Positions 28,324 through 38,772 of a stretch of DNA of 38,772 nt are shown piece after piece. Made by a program: the position numbers and the translations under genes. Source of the DNA: a virus (lineage: Duplodnaviria > Heunggongvirae > Uroviricota > Caudoviricetes); the IMG/VR virus record IMGVR_UViG_2681813004_000022. The stretch is one strand, 5' to 3'. Positions within the stretch are counted from its first letter, which is position 1. Each line of letters opens with the position of its first letter. Below the pieces are notes generated by a model. The model saw only the letters and a list, made by a program, of their open reading frames with translations. It was not told where the DNA came from and did not search any database.

Positions 28324-29496
28324 ATGGCTCAGGATTACCACCACGGGGTGCGCGTTGTTGAAGTCAACGAAGGCACCCGATCTATTACCACGGTGAGCAC
28401 CGCCATCGTGGGTATGGTCTGCACGGGCGATGATGCCGATGCAAAAATGTTTCCTCTTAATAAACCCGTGCTGATCACTGATGTGCTGACTGCCAGCGGT
28501 AAAGCGGGTGAGTCCGGTACTCTGGCCCGTTCGCTGGATGCCATCGCTGACCAGGCAAAACCCGTGACCATTGTTGTGCGTGTGCCGCAGGGTGAAACGG
28601 AAGACGAAACCACGACCAATATCATCGGCGCAGTGACTGCTGAAGGTAAAAAAACAGGTATGAAAGCCCTGTTATCTGCCCAGTCACAGCTCGGCGTTAA
28701 ACCGCGCATTCTCGGCGTGCCAGGCCACGACACCAAGGCGGTAGCTACTGAGTTGCTGAGCGTGGCGCAAAGCCTGCGTGGATTTGCTTACCTGTCAGCG
28801 TATGGCTGCAAGACAGTGCAGGAGGCGATCACTTACCGCGAAAACTTCAGCCAGCGCGAAGGGATGCTGATCTGGCCTGACTTTACTGGCTGGGACACGG
28901 TGCTGAATGCCGAAGCAACGGCATATGCCACCGCCCGTGCGCTTGGTCTGCGCGCCAAAATTGACGAGCAGACCGGATGGCACAAAAGCCTGTCCAACGT
29001 GGGCGTGAACGGTGTCACCGGAATTTCTGCAGATGTGTTCTGGGATCTGCAGGACCCGGCAACCGATGCAGGTCTGCTGAACCAGAACGACGTCACCACG
29101 CTTGTGCGTAAAGACGGTTTCCGCTTCTGGGGTTCCCGCTGCCTGAGTGATGACCCGCTCTTTGCCTTCGAAAACTACACCCGCACGGCGCAGGTGCTGA
29201 TGGACACGATGGCAGAAGCACACATGTGGGCGGTGGATAAACCGCTTAACCCGTCGCTGGCCCGCGACATTATCGAAGGTATCCGCGCCAAAATGCGCAG
29301 CCTGGTCAGTCAGGGCTATCTCATTGGTGGTGATTGCTGGCTGGATGAGTCGGTGAACGACAAAGACACGCTGAAAGCCGGAAAACTCACCATCGACTAC
29401 GACTACACGCCAGTGCCGCCACTTGAAAACCTGATGCTGCGTCAGCGCATCACCGATCAGTACCTGGTGAATTTCGCCAGCCAGGTCAGCGCGTAA
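28324..29496 (+). CDS. FI: Tail sheath protein FI
   Basis: 390 aa (P2 FI about 396), AGGAGG RBS, followed by the tube gene. Confidence 0.9.
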   Translation: MAQDYHHGVRVVEVNEGTRSITTVSTAIVGMVCTGDDADAKMFPLNKPVLITDVLTASGKAGESGTLARSLDAIADQAKPVTIVVRVPQGETEDETTTNIIGAVTAEGKKTGMKALLSAQSQLGVKPRILGVPGHDTKAVATELLSVAQSLRGFAYLSAYGCKTVQEAITYRENFSQREGMLIWPDFTGWDTVLNAEATAYATARALGLRAKIDEQTGWHKSLSNVGVNGVTGISADVFWDLQDPATDAGLLNQNDVTTLVRKDGFRFWGSRCLSDDPLFAFENYTRTAQVLMDTMAEAHMWAVDKPLNPSLARDIIEGIRAKMRSLVSQGYLIGGDCWLDESVNDKDTLKAGKLTIDYDYTPVPPLENLMLRQRITDQYLVNFASQVSA

Positions 29497-29505
29497 GGGG
29501 ACAAC

Positions 29506-30021
29506 ATGGCTTTACCACGCAAATTAAAACACCTGAACCTGTTTAACGACGGGAACAACTGGCAGGGGATCGTTGAGTCGCTGACGCTGCCGAAATTTAC
29601 CCGCAAATATGAGAAGTATCGCGGCGGCGGAATGCCGGGTGCGGTGGATGTGGATCTGGGGCTTGATGACAGTGCGCTGGACACAGAATTTTCCATTGGT
29701 GGTACTGAATTGCTGCTGTTTAAACAGATGGGTAAAGCCACGGTGGATGGCATCCAGCTGCGCTTTACCGGCTCTATTCAGCGTGACGATACCGGGGAAG
29801 TGCAGGCCGTGGAGCTTGTCGTGCGTGGACGTCACAAAGAAGTGGATTCCGGCGAGTGGAAGACGGGCGAAAGCAACACCACCAAAGTGACCAGTACCAA
29901 CAGCTACGCGAAGCTGACCATCAATGGTGAGGTGCTCTATGAAGTGGACCTTATCAACATGGTGGAAATTGTGGACGGTGTGGACCTGATGGAAGCGCAC
30001 CGCAACGCCCTCGGCCTCTGA
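29506..30021 (+). CDS. FII: Tail tube protein FII
   Basis: 171 aa (P2 FII about 172). Confidence 0.9.
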   Translation: MALPRKLKHLNLFNDGNNWQGIVESLTLPKFTRKYEKYRGGGMPGAVDVDLGLDDSALDTEFSIGGTELLLFKQMGKATVDGIQLRFTGSIQRDDTGEVQAVELVVRGRHKEVDSGEWKTGESNTTKVTSTNSYAKLTINGEVLYEVDLINMVEIVDGVDLMEAHRNALGL

Positions 30022-30075
30022 TATATCTGAACGGCGCGGGATACCGCGCCAGAACCCAATTGACAGGACAGCAAA

Positions 30076-30378
30076 ATGAGCGATAAGCAGACTGAAAAGA
30101 CCATTCAACTGGATACCCCCATCAAGCGCGGTAAAACAGAAATCACCGAAATTGTGCTGCGTAAACCGCAGTCCGGTGCGCTGCGCGGTACACGCCTGCA
30201 GGCCATTATGGATATGGATGTAAACGCGATGATGATCGTGATCCCCCGCATCTCCAGTCCGGCACTGACTGCACAGGAAATTGCAGAGATGGACCCGGCA
30301 GATCTCACTGCCATGTCGGTTGAGGTTGTCACTTTTTTGTTGAAGAAGTCGGTGCTTGCCGGTTTACCGACAGCCTGA
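30076..30378 (+). CDS. E: Tail assembly chaperone E
   Basis: 100 aa ORF upstream of the tape measure gene; contains a slippery heptamer. Confidence 0.8.
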   Translation: MSDKQTEKTIQLDTPIKRGKTEITEIVLRKPQSGALRGTRLQAIMDMDVNAMMIVIPRISSPALTAQEIAEMDPADLTAMSVEVVTFLLKKSVLAGLPTA

Positions 30379-30512
30379 CGGTTGACGATCTGGTGGCAGA
30401 TATCGCCACCATTTTTCACTGGCCGCCATCCGTTACTGACGTTATGCCGCTGACCGAAGTGCTGGAATGGCGGTATAAAGCGATTCAGAGAAGCGGGGCC
30501 AACGATGAGTGA
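30076..30512 (+). CDS. E': Tail assembly chaperone E' (E+E' fusion by programmed -1 frameshift)
   Basis: Slippery T_TTT_TTG at 30333-30339; the -1 frame stays open to a TGA at 30510-30512 overlapping the T start, giving about 145 aa (P2 E' about 142). Confidence 0.55.
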
Positions 30513-33500
30513 TAACAACCTGCGTCTGCAGGTCATTCTTAATGCGGTTGACAAGCTCACCCGCCCATTTCGATCTGCGCAGGCCAGTTCAAGAGAACTG
30601 GCTGCTGCTGTCAAAAAATCCCGCGATGCAATAAAGCAGCTTGATCAGGCCGGGAGCAGTCTGGACAGCTTCCGAAAGCTGCAGGCAGAAAATCAGAAAT
30701 TAGGCGACAGGCTGAACTATGCCCGCCAGCGTGCAAATTTGCTCAGTCAGGAACTGGGAGCGATGGGGCCGCCTTCGCAACGTCAGGTTGTTGCTCTGGG
30801 CCGTCAACGGCTGGCTGTTCAGCGCCTGGAAGAACGCCAGAAAAAGCTGCAGCAGCAGACGGCGCTTGTGCGTGCTGAACTGTACCGGGCGGGAATTTCT
30901 GCGAAAGACGATGCGGGTGCAACTGCCCGTTTAGCCCGTGAAACATCACGTTATAACCAGGAACTTTCGAAACAGGAGGCGCGGCTGAAGCGACTGGGGG
31001 AAGCTCAGCGCAGGATGAATGCAGCGCGTGCCAGTTATGCCCGTTCGCTGGAGGTGCGTGATCGTATTGCAGGTGCCGGAGCCACCACCACGGCTGCAGG
31101 GCTGGCAATGGGCGCACCAGTGATGGCGGCAGTAAAAAGCTATACCAGCATGGAAGATGCCATGAAAGGTGTGGCAAAGCAGGTCAATGGTCTGCGTGAC
31201 GATAATGGCAACCGCACTGCACGTTTTTATGAAATGCAGGATGCCATCAAGGCTGCCAGCGAACAGTTGCCGATGGAAAACGGTGCGGTGGATTTCGCTG
31301 CACTGGTTGAAGGTGGTGCGCGCATGAACGTCGCAAACCCTGACGACAGTTGGGAAGATCAGAAACGTGACCTGCTGGCCTTCGCCAGTACGGCAGCAAA
31401 GGCGGCAACAGCCTTTGAGCTGCCAGCGGATGAACTGTCAGAAAGTCTGGGGAAAATCGCCCAGCTCTACAAAATCCCCACCCGCAATATTGAACAGCTC
31501 GGTGATGCGCTGAACTATCTGGATGATAACGCCATGTCGAAAGGGGCAGACATCATTGATGTGATGCAACGTCTGGGCGGTGTGGCTGACCGTCTGGATT
31601 ATCGTAAAGCGGCGGCGCTGGGTTCCACCTTCCTGACACTGGGCGCTGCGCCAGAGGTTGCAGCCAGTGCAGCAAACGCGATGGTGCGTGAATTGTCCAT
31701 TGCCACCATGCAAAGCAAAAGTTTCTTTGAAGGGATGAATCTGCTGAAACTCAATCCTGAAGTGATTGAAAAGCAGATGACGAAGGATGCGATGGGAACC
31801 ATCCAGCGCGTGCTGGAGAAGGTAAACGCGCTGCCGCAGGACAAGCGCCTGTCTGCCATGACTATGTTGTTTGGTAAAGAGTTTGGCGATGACGCGGCGA
31901 AACTGGCAAACAACCTGCCGGAACTGCAGCGTCAGTTAAAACTGACAGCGGGCAATGATGCGCTCGGCTCCATGCAGAAAGAATCCGACATTAACAAGGA
32001 TTCACTTTCTGCGCAGTGGTTGCTGGTCAAAACCGGAGCGCAGAACACCTTCAGCAGCCTGGGCGAAACGCTGCGCCAGCCGCTGATGGATATTCTGTAC
32101 ACGGTGAAAAGCGTCACGGGGGCGTTGCGTCGCTGGGTGGAAGCTAACCCGGAACTGACAGGCACACTGATGAAAGCATCGGCTGTTGTGGCTGCGGTTA
32201 CCGTCGGCCTCGGCACCTTAGCGGTGGCGCTGGCTGCAGTGCTGGGGCCGCTGGCAGTGATCCGTCTGGGATTCTCTGTGCTGGGTATCAAAACGTTATC
32301 TTCCGTTACGGCAGCAGTAACTCGAACCAGCAGCGCGTTGTCCTGGCTGGCTGGCGCACCACTGGCACTGCTGCGACGCGGGCTTGCTTCATCGGGCAAC
32401 GCTGCAGGTTTACTTACTGCGCCGTTGTCGTCTTTGCGCCGCACGGCATCACTGACGGGAAATGTCCTGAAAACTGTAGCAGGTGCGCCGGTTGCACTTT
32501 TGCGGTCTGGATTATCCGGTTTACGTGCTGTTGCTGTGATGTTTATGAATCCTCTGGCGGTACTGCGCGGTGGACTGGCCGCCGCAGGTACGGTGCTGCG
32601 AGTACTGGCATCTGGTCCACTGGCGATGCTGCGCGTTGCCCTGTATGCCATATCTGGTCTGTTAGGTGCTCTGCTCAGTCCGATAGGTCTTGTGGTTACT
32701 GCACTGGCGGGCGTGGCGCTGGTTGTCTGGAAATACTGGCAACCCATCACCGCATTTCTCGGTGGCGTGGTGGAAGGATTCAAAGCGGCGGCAGGTCCCA
32801 TCAGTGCAGCGTTCGAACCGCTTAAGCCCGTGTTCCAGTGGATTGGCGACAAAGTGCAGGCGCTGTGGGGCTGGTTTACTGATCTGCTGACGCCCGTTAA
32901 GTCGACCTCTGCCGAACTGCAGAGCGCAGCGGCAATGGGGCGGCGATTCGGGGAGGCACTGGCGGAAGGGCTGAATATGGTCATGCATCCGCTGGACTCC
33001 CTGAAATCCGGCGTTTCCTGGTTGCTGGAGAAGCTCGGCATTGTCAGTAAAGAGGCCGCAAAGGCAAAACTGCCGGAAAGCGTGACGCGTCAGCAACCTG
33101 CGACGGTGAATGCAGACGGTAAAGTGATGATGCCATCGGGTGGTTTTCCATCATGGGGATATGGCTTTGCGGGGATGTATGACAGCGGCGGGTATATCCC
33201 GCGCGGGCAGTTTGGCATCGTCGGTGAAAACGGGCCGGAAATTGTTAACGGCCCGGCAAATGTGACCAGCCGGAGAAATACAGCTGCACTGGCTGCCGTT
33301 GTTGCCGGAATGATGGGCGTTGCTGCCGCGCCAGCAGAGCTTCCACCGTTGCACCCTTTGGCACTTCCCGCGAAAGGTGGAGAAGCAATTGTGAGTCGCG
33401 CAGCCACTGTGCCGCTCGTTCAACGGATTGAGGCACCGACGCAGATCATCATTCAGACGCAGCCAGGACAAAGTGCGCAGGATATTGCGCGGGAGGTGGC

Positions 33501-33582
33501 ACGCCAGCTTGATGAACGTGAACGCAGGCTGAAGGCAAAAGCCAGGAGTAACTACAGCGATCAGGGGGGATACGACGCATGA
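30505..33582 (+). CDS. T: Tail tape measure protein T
   Basis: 1025 aa, coiled-coil N-terminus and Ala/Gly-rich hydrophobic middle; position after E/E'. Confidence 0.85.
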   Translation: MSDNNLRLQVILNAVDKLTRPFRSAQASSRELAAAVKKSRDAIKQLDQAGSSLDSFRKLQAENQKLGDRLNYARQRANLLSQELGAMGPPSQRQVVALGRQRLAVQRLEERQKKLQQQTALVRAELYRAGISAKDDAGATARLARETSRYNQELSKQEARLKRLGEAQRRMNAARASYARSLEVRDRIAGAGATTTAAGLAMGAPVMAAVKSYTSMEDAMKGVAKQVNGLRDDNGNRTARFYEMQDAIKAASEQLPMENGAVDFAALVEGGARMNVANPDDSWEDQKRDLLAFASTAAKAATAFELPADELSESLGKIAQLYKIPTRNIEQLGDALNYLDDNAMSKGADIIDVMQRLGGVADRLDYRKAAALGSTFLTLGAAPEVAASAANAMVRELSIATMQSKSFFEGMNLLKLNPEVIEKQMTKDAMGTIQRVLEKVNALPQDKRLSAMTMLFGKEFGDDAAKLANNLPELQRQLKLTAGNDALGSMQKESDINKDSLSAQWLLVKTGAQNTFSSLGETLRQPLMDILYTVKSVTGALRRWVEANPELTGTLMKASAVVAAVTVGLGTLAVALAAVLGPLAVIRLGFSVLGIKTLSSVTAAVTRTSSALSWLAGAPLALLRRGLASSGNAAGLLTAPLSSLRRTASLTGNVLKTVAGAPVALLRSGLSGLRAVAVMFMNPLAVLRGGLAAAGTVLRVLASGPLAMLRVALYAISGLLGALLSPIGLVVTALAGVALVVWKYWQPITAFLGGVVEGFKAAAGPISAAFEPLKPVFQWIGDKVQALWGWFTDLLTPVKSTSAELQSAAAMGRRFGEALAEGLNMVMHPLDSLKSGVSWLLEKLGIVSKEAAKAKLPESVTRQQPATVNADGKVMMPSGGFPSWGYGFAGMYDSGGYIPRGQFGIVGENGPEIVNGPANVTSRRNTAALAAVVAGMMGVAAAPAELPPLHPLALPAKGGEAIVSRAATVPLVQRIEAPTQIIIQTQPGQSAQDIAREVARQLDERERRLKAKARSNYSDQGGYDA

Positions 33583-34064
33583 TGATGGTGCTGGGATTGT
33601 ACGTGTTTATGCTGCGCACCGTTCCGTATCAGGAACTGCAGTATCAACGCAGCTGGCGACATGCGGCAAACAGTCGGGTAAACCGACGTCCGTCCACGCA
33701 GTTTCTGGGACCGGAAAACGACATGCTGACGCTTTCCGGTGTTCTTATGCCGGAAATAACAGGCGGCAGGCTGTCGTTGCTGGCACTGGAGCAGATGGCA
33801 GAACAGGGGAAAGCATGGCCCCTGATTGAAGGCAGCGGCACGATTTACGGCATGTATGTGATTGAGGGACTGAATCAGACTAAAACGGAGTTTTTCCGCG
33901 ACGGTATGCCGCGCCGGATTGAGTTCACCCTGTCGCTCAAACGAGTGGATGAATCCCTGTCCGATATGTTCGGTGATCTCAGTGCGCAACTGAATAATCT
34001 GCAGGACACGGCAACGTCTGCCTTAAGCGATATCAGTAAAACGGTGGGAGGGCTGCTGTCGTGA
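33579..34064 (+). CDS. U: Tail protein U
   Basis: 161 aa (P2 U about 159). Confidence 0.8.
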   Translation: MMMVLGLYVFMLRTVPYQELQYQRSWRHAANSRVNRRPSTQFLGPENDMLTLSGVLMPEITGGRLSLLALEQMAEQGKAWPLIEGSGTIYGMYVIEGLNQTKTEFFRDGMPRRIEFTLSLKRVDESLSDMFGDLSAQLNNLQDTATSALSDISKTVGGLLS

Positions 34065-35161
34065 ATTTCAGCTCTGAACTGCTTAACAAAGGCAACAAAA
34101 CTCCCGCATTCAGCATCAGTATTGAGGGCAGGGATATCACCACTGTGCTGGATAACCGCCTGATGAGTTTGACGCTGACGGATAACCGGGGCTTTGAAGC
34201 GGACCAGCTTGATCTGGAGCTGGATGACGCTGACGGAAAAATCGTGCTGCCGCGCCGTGGTGCGGTTATTACGCTGGCGCTGGGCTGGAAGGGGCAGCCG
34301 CTTTTCCCGAAAGGGGCATTCACAGTGGACGAGATTGAACACACTGGCGCACCGGACCGCCTGACTATCCGGGCGCGAAGTGCTGATTTTCGGGAAACGC
34401 TGAATACCCGCCGTGAAAAATCGTGGCATAAGACCACCGTCGGGGAAGTGGTGAAGGAAATAGCCGCGCGGCACAAGCTGAAGATGGCACTGGGTAAAGA
34501 CCTGTCGGATAAGCCCGTGGAGCATATAGACCAGACTAATGAGAGTGACGGCAGTTTTCTGATGCGGTTGGCGCGACAGTACGGTGCCATCGCGTCGGTG
34601 AAAAATGGCAATCTGTTATTCATCCGGCAGGGGCAGGGCAAAAGCGCCACTGGTAAACCTCTGCCAGTGATCACTCTCACACGCAAGGACGGCGACAGTC
34701 ACCGATTTACCCTGGCAGATCGCGGAGCCTACACGGGCGTAATTGCCAGCTGGTTGCATACCCGCGAACCTGCGAAGAAAGAAAGCACCACGGTGAAGCG
34801 TAAGCGCAGAACTAAGAAGCAGAAGAAAGAGCCAGAAGCGAAGCAGGGCGATTACCTGGTGGGTACGGATGAAAACGTGCTGGTACTTAATCGCACTTAT
34901 GCCAACCGGAGCAACGCTGAACGGGCAGCGAAAATGCAGTGGGAACGCCTGCAACGCGGCGTTGCGTCATTCTCGCTACAACTGGCGGAAGGGCGGGCAG
35001 ATCTCTACACAGAAATGCCTGTGAAGGTCAGTGGCTTTAAACAGCCGATAGATGATGCGGAATGGACCATTACGACTCTGACGCATACCGTCAGCCCGGA
35101 TAACGGTTTTACGACCAGTCTGGAGCTTGAAGTGAGGATTGATGATTTCGAAATGGAATGA
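34061..35161 (+). CDS. D: Tail protein D
   Basis: 366 aa, last late structural gene before ogr. Confidence 0.85.
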   Translation: MNFSSELLNKGNKTPAFSISIEGRDITTVLDNRLMSLTLTDNRGFEADQLDLELDDADGKIVLPRRGAVITLALGWKGQPLFPKGAFTVDEIEHTGAPDRLTIRARSADFRETLNTRREKSWHKTTVGEVVKEIAARHKLKMALGKDLSDKPVEHIDQTNESDGSFLMRLARQYGAIASVKNGNLLFIRQGQGKSATGKPLPVITLTRKDGDSHRFTLADRGAYTGVIASWLHTREPAKKESTTVKRKRRTKKQKKEPEAKQGDYLVGTDENVLVLNRTYANRSNAERAAKMQWERLQRGVASFSLQLAEGRADLYTEMPVKVSGFKQPIDDAEWTITTLTHTVSPDNGFTTSLELEVRIDDFEME

Positions 35162-35251
35162 TTCTTCGCAATGGAGAACTTTTAAGTTTGCAAAATGGAA
35201 TAATGCGGTATCATTATTGTGAATTTAGCAAAAATGGGGAGAGCTCGAAAA

Positions 35252-35470
35252 ATGATGATTTGCCCACTGTGTGGAAGTGCCGCCCATACTCGCAGCAGTT
35301 TTCAGGTATCTTCATTGACCAAAGAGCGTTACAACCAGTGCCAGAACATTAACTGCAGCCATACTTTTGTTACCCATGAAACTTTTGTTCGTTCGATTGC
35401 AACGCCAAAAGAGTCAAATCCGGTTCAGCCGCATCCAATGAAATCAGGACAGGTGGCGCTCTCTCTTTGA
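35252..35470 (+). CDS. ogr: Ogr/Delta-family zinc-finger late transcription activator
   Basis: 72 aa from ATG 35252 (GGAGA RBS); CPLCGSAAH...TKERYNQCQNINCSHTF matches the Ogr C2C2 finger pattern. Confidence 0.8.
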   Translation: MMICPLCGSAAHTRSSFQVSSLTKERYNQCQNINCSHTFVTHETFVRSIATPKESNPVQPHPMKSGQVALSL

Positions 35471-35550
35471 CGCTGCCGCCATTTTGTCGCCATCGTTAAA
35501 GAATAGTGCTTCTAACATCATGATTTTAAACAGCTTAAATTTCAGACAAC

Positions 35551-35593
35551 AAAAAACCCATCAACCTTGAACCGAAATGGCGGGGTTGATGGG
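35551..35593 (-). terminator. Intrinsic terminator on the minus strand (probably the ybjL terminator)
   Basis: 10-bp stems CCCATCAACC/GGTTGATGGG followed on the minus strand by TTTTTT; about 110 nt downstream of the ybjL stop. Confidence 0.4.
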
Positions 35594-35705
35594 CTCCACA
35601 AAATGGGGACATCAAAGAAAAGCAGTGGCATTAATTAAGACTGATGCCCTGCGGAAAAGTTCTGCGGTTGTGCAAAAAAATTTCATTTTCAGGGCAACTT
35701 CAGTT

Positions 35706-37391
35706 TTATCCTAATCCTGGCCATACCATGACGATGATTGTCCCTGCCAGCGTCAGCAGGACGTTGGCGATTGCGTAGGTGCCCGCATAGCCCAGCGCAG
35801 GGATGTTACTGCGAGCTGTATCACTGATGATCTCCATTGCCGGCGCGCAGGTGCGTGCGCCCATCATTGCGCCGAACAACAGTGCGCGGTTCATTCGCAA
35901 TACATAAGCACCGAACAAGAAACAGATAACCACGGGCACAAGACTGACAATTAATCCGGCAATCAACATCTGACCGCCAATCGCGCCCAGGCCGTTATTA
36001 ATACCGCTACCGGCGCTCAGACCAACGCCTGCCATAAACACCATCAAGCCGAACTCTTTCACCATGCTTAATGCACCTTGCGGAATGTAACCGAAGGTCG
36101 GGTGGTTAGCACGCATAAAGCCCAGCATAATTCCGGCGAATAACAACCCGGCAGCGTTCCCCATGCCGAAACTGAATGTGCTGAACTGGAAGGTGATCAT
36201 CCCGATCATCAGCCCAATAACAAAGAAGGCGCAAAATGCCAGCAGGTCAGTGACCTGGCTGTGAATCGAGATAAAGCCGATGCGATCGGCGATGGTTTTT
36301 ACGCGACGGGCATCACCGCTGACTTGTAAAACGTCACCTTTGTTAAGCACGACGTTGTCATCTATCGGCATCTCAATCTGGCTACGAATGACGCGGTTAA
36401 GGAAGCAACCGTGATCGGTCAACTTCAGTTGTGCGAGACGTTTACCTACAGCGTTATGGTTTTTAACGACCACTTCTTCAGTGACGATACGCATGTCGAG
36501 AAGGTCACGATCGAAAACTTCTTTACCGTTACGGAAGCTGGGATCGAGTCGGGCATGGGCGTCGGGATAGCCTACCAACGCTATTTCATCGCCCATTTGT
36601 AGCACGGCATCACCGTCTGGATTTGCCAGAATCCCGTTACGTCGAATACGTTCAATGTAGCAGCCGGTTTGTCGATAAATACCCAGTTCACGCAGATTTT
36701 TGCCGTCGGTCCAGGCCACCAGCTCCGGGCCGACGCGATAGGCGCGGATCACCGGTAAATAAACCTTACGGTTGGCATCAGTGTCCAGGCCACGTTCGCG
36801 GGCGATTTGCTGGGCGCTGGTCTGTAAGTCCTGATGCTGCAATTTCGGCAAGTAACGCGCACCAACAATCAAACTCACCAGACCGATTAAATAGGTTAAG
36901 GCATACCCGAGGCTCAGATTATCCAGTGCCAGTGAGAGCTGCCTGCTTTCCATGCCGGAATGACGCAGTGTATCGCCAGCACCGACCAGAACCGGTGTCG
37001 ACGTCATAGAGCCTGCTAACATACCGGCCGTCAGGCCAATATCCCAGCCAAACAGCTTACCTAACCCTAAGGCGATCACCAGCGCACTGCCAACCATCAC
37101 CAGTGCTAACATTAGGTAATTTTTCCCATCGCGAAAAAAAATGGAAAAAAAGTTCGGTCCGGCTTCGACCCCGACGCAGAAAATAAACAGCATAAAGCCA
37201 AGATTAAGCGCATCGGTGTTAATGCTGAAATGTTGTTGGCCTAATAACAGCGATACGACTAAAACGCCAATGGAATTACCCAGTTGGATCGAACCAAGTC
37301 GTAACTTTCCGAGACATAGCCCAAGCGCGAGGACCACAAATAATAACAGAATGTAATTCCCATTTAACAATTCGGCGACGTTTATATTCAC
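35706..37391 (-). CDS. ybjL: Putative transport protein YbjL (AAE-family transporter with TrkA-C domains)
   Basis: 561 aa, N-terminus [29 protein letters not shown] as I recall for E. coli YbjL; neighbours ybjM/grxA/ybjC support the assignment. Confidence 0.85.
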
Positions 37392-37660
37392 GGAGGCTAA
37401 CTTCTTGTTTACTAGTAAGCTGTTGAAAGAAATGCTAATTTACGATAATGTTTTTTACCAGAATTCAGGGCGCAGATTCATTCAGCGCACCTAAACGATA
37501 GTAAAGTAACAATATATTTTACTAGTGTAATCACATTAGGTATCAACGGCTATATGAATTGCGTTGGCCTATATTAGCATGGAATGCGAAGCGGCTTTAT
37601 CTTACTGAACGCCACACTGGCGAAAAATGTGTTCGATAGACGCAGTGTCAGGAGGAACGA

Positions 37661-38038
37661 GTGAAACATAAACAACGTTGGGCGGGGGCAATCTGCTGTT
37701 TTGTCCTCTTCATTGTGGTGTGCCTTTTTCTGGCGACGCACATGAAAGGCGCTTTTCGGGCTGCCGGGCATCCTGAAATCGGCTTGCTATTTTTCATTCT
37801 TCCTGGAGCAGTCGCCAGCTTCTTTTCACAGCGTAGAGAAGTCCTGAAACCTCTATTTGGCGCAATGCTGGCGGCACCCTGTTCAATGCTCATTATGCGG
37901 CTGTTTTTTTCACCGACGCGCTCATTCTGGCAAGAGCTGGCATGGTTACTAAGCGCGGTGTTCTGGTGTGCGCTGGGGGCACTGTGTTTCTTATTTATCA
38001 GTAGTTTGTTTAAACCACAGCACAGAAAAAATCAGTAA
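37661..38038 (+). CDS. ybjM: Inner membrane protein YbjM
   Basis: 125-aa hydrophobic protein in the conserved ybjL-ybjM-grxA context. Confidence 0.8.
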   Translation: MKHKQRWAGAICCFVLFIVVCLFLATHMKGAFRAAGHPEIGLLFFILPGAVASFFSQRREVLKPLFGAMLAAPCSMLIMRLFFSPTRSFWQELAWLLSAVFWCALGALCFLFISSLFKPQHRKNQ

Positions 38039-38058
38039 AGCCCTCAACGCGAGGGCTT
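38038..38058. terminator. Bidirectional intrinsic terminator between ybjM and grxA
   Basis: AAGCCCTC-AACGC-GAGGGCTT hairpin between convergent genes. Confidence 0.45.
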
Positions 38059-38067
38059 GTCAGACGA

Positions 38068-38325
38068 TCAGGCGTCCAGATTTTCTTTCACCCATGCAGC
38101 AAAATCGGTATAGCCGCCGATATGTTGCTGATCGACAAAAATCTGCGGCACGGTTTCTACGGGTTTACCTGCCTTTTGTTGTAGATCTTCTTTAGTGATC
38201 CCTTCCGCACGAATATCTACATACTGATACTGAAAATCATCGCGTTCATTGCTCAATTTCTCAGCCAGATCTTTTGCACGCACACAGTAAGGGCAACCCG
38301 AACGACCAAAAATAACGGTTTGCAT
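38068..38325 (-). CDS. grxA: Glutaredoxin 1
   Basis: 85 aa starting MQTVIFGRSGCPYCVRAKDLAEKL with the CPYC active site. Confidence 0.9.
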   Translation of the reverse strand: MQTVIFGRSGCPYCVRAKDLAEKLSNERDDFQYQYVDIRAEGITKEDLQQKAGKPVETVPQIFVDQQHIGGYTDFAAWVKENLDA

Positions 38326-38484
38326 TATTTCTCTCCTCATAGATTTATGCCTGTAATGATCACGCTAAAATGTATTCGCTGAAAGTAGGTTTAACCTGTT
38401 GCATTAATTGCTAAAAGCTATAACTGTTAAACACAATACAGTGAAAAGTTTTAGACTGAAGGCTCACTTTGCAGAGGGAAGCGT

Positions 38485-38772
38485 ATGCGCGCGATCGGTA
38501 AATTGCCTAAAGGCGTGTTGATACTGGAATTTATCGGAATGATGCTACTGGCGGTGGCGCTGCTGTCGGTAAGCGACTCCCTGTCGCTGCCTGAGCCATT
38601 TTCTCGGCCAGAAGTGCAGATTCTGATGATTTTTCTCGGTGTTTTGCTCATGCTTCCCGCTGCGGTGGTGGTTATTCTTCAGGTGGCAAAACGTCTTGCC
38701 CCACAGCTGATGAACCGTCCACCGCAATATTCACGTTCAGAAAGAGAAAAAGATAATGACGCCAACCATTGA
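38485..38772 (+). CDS. ybjC: DUF1418-family membrane protein YbjC
   Basis: 95 aa, two hydrophobic helices, conserved position downstream of grxA; stop at window end. Confidence 0.75.
   Translation: MRAIGKLPKGVLILEFIGMMLLAVALLSVSDSLSLPEPFSRPEVQILMIFLGVLLMLPAAVVVILQVAKRLAPQLMNRPPQYSRSEREKDNDANH

Larger units (their letters stand above)
1..35550. mobile_element. P2/186-like temperate prophage (left end truncated by window; right boundary approximate)
   Basis: Complete P2-type gene order from int through A, cos-like site, Q-P/O-N-M-L, lysis cassette, R-S, V-W-J-I-H-G, FI-FII-E-T-U-D, ogr, then host genes from ~35706. Sizes of most products match P2/186 proteins as I recall them. Confidence 0.85.

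Noticed and set aside
31932-33041. 369-aa minus-strand ORF (plus several shorter ones) inside the tape measure gene T
   Set aside because: Antisense to T with a Ser/Ala/Pro/Arg-rich low-complexity translation, typical of a GC-rich antisense frame.
33875-34686. Two about 216-aa minus-strand ORFs overlapping U and D
   Set aside because: Antisense to conserved tail genes; considered spurious.
35551-35593. Hairpin as phage att core
   Set aside because: Strand and T-run orientation fit a terminator for host ybjL better; without the attL side an att assignment cannot be supported.
1-38772. tRNA, rRNA or CRISPR array
   Set aside because: No cloverleaf-compatible conserved tRNA segments, no rRNA-like stretches and no regularly spaced direct repeats were seen; the only repeats are the IS26 copies, invertase sites and TSD.

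Overview
This window is a near-complete P2/186-family temperate prophage (about 1 to 35550; the left end and attL are cut off by the window start) followed by host chromosome (ybjL, ybjM, grxA, ybjC; about 35700 to 38772), consistent with an Escherichia-like genome. The order is integrase, CI-like repressor, Apl/Cox-like and CII-like early genes, a phage Dam methylase, replication endonuclease A, an accessory island (7212-11487), then the late genes Q P | O N M L X Y K lysA/B/C R S | V W J I H G | FI FII E/E' T U D | ogr. Family and gene names are assigned by recognition of P2/186 synteny, protein sizes and motifs, not by any database search. The most interesting region is the accessory island, which contains a cos-like site and an AT-rich, translationally coupled three-gene operon (GHKL-type ATPase/kinase-like protein, small STAS-like protein, single-pass membrane protein) that I propose as a candidate undescribed anti-phage or signalling module. 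Other notable features are two lipoprotein genes in the old/tin position, an AT-rich membrane-protein moron between S and V, and an invertible tail-fibre segment with hix/gix-like sites and a Pin/Gin-family invertase, whose alternate fibre gene is cleanly disrupted by an IS26 copy with 8-bp target duplications plus an unusual 267-bp tandem partial IS26 repeat. All coordinates were counted by hand from the listing; site positions may be off by 1-2 bp. No tRNA, rRNA or CRISPR array was found.
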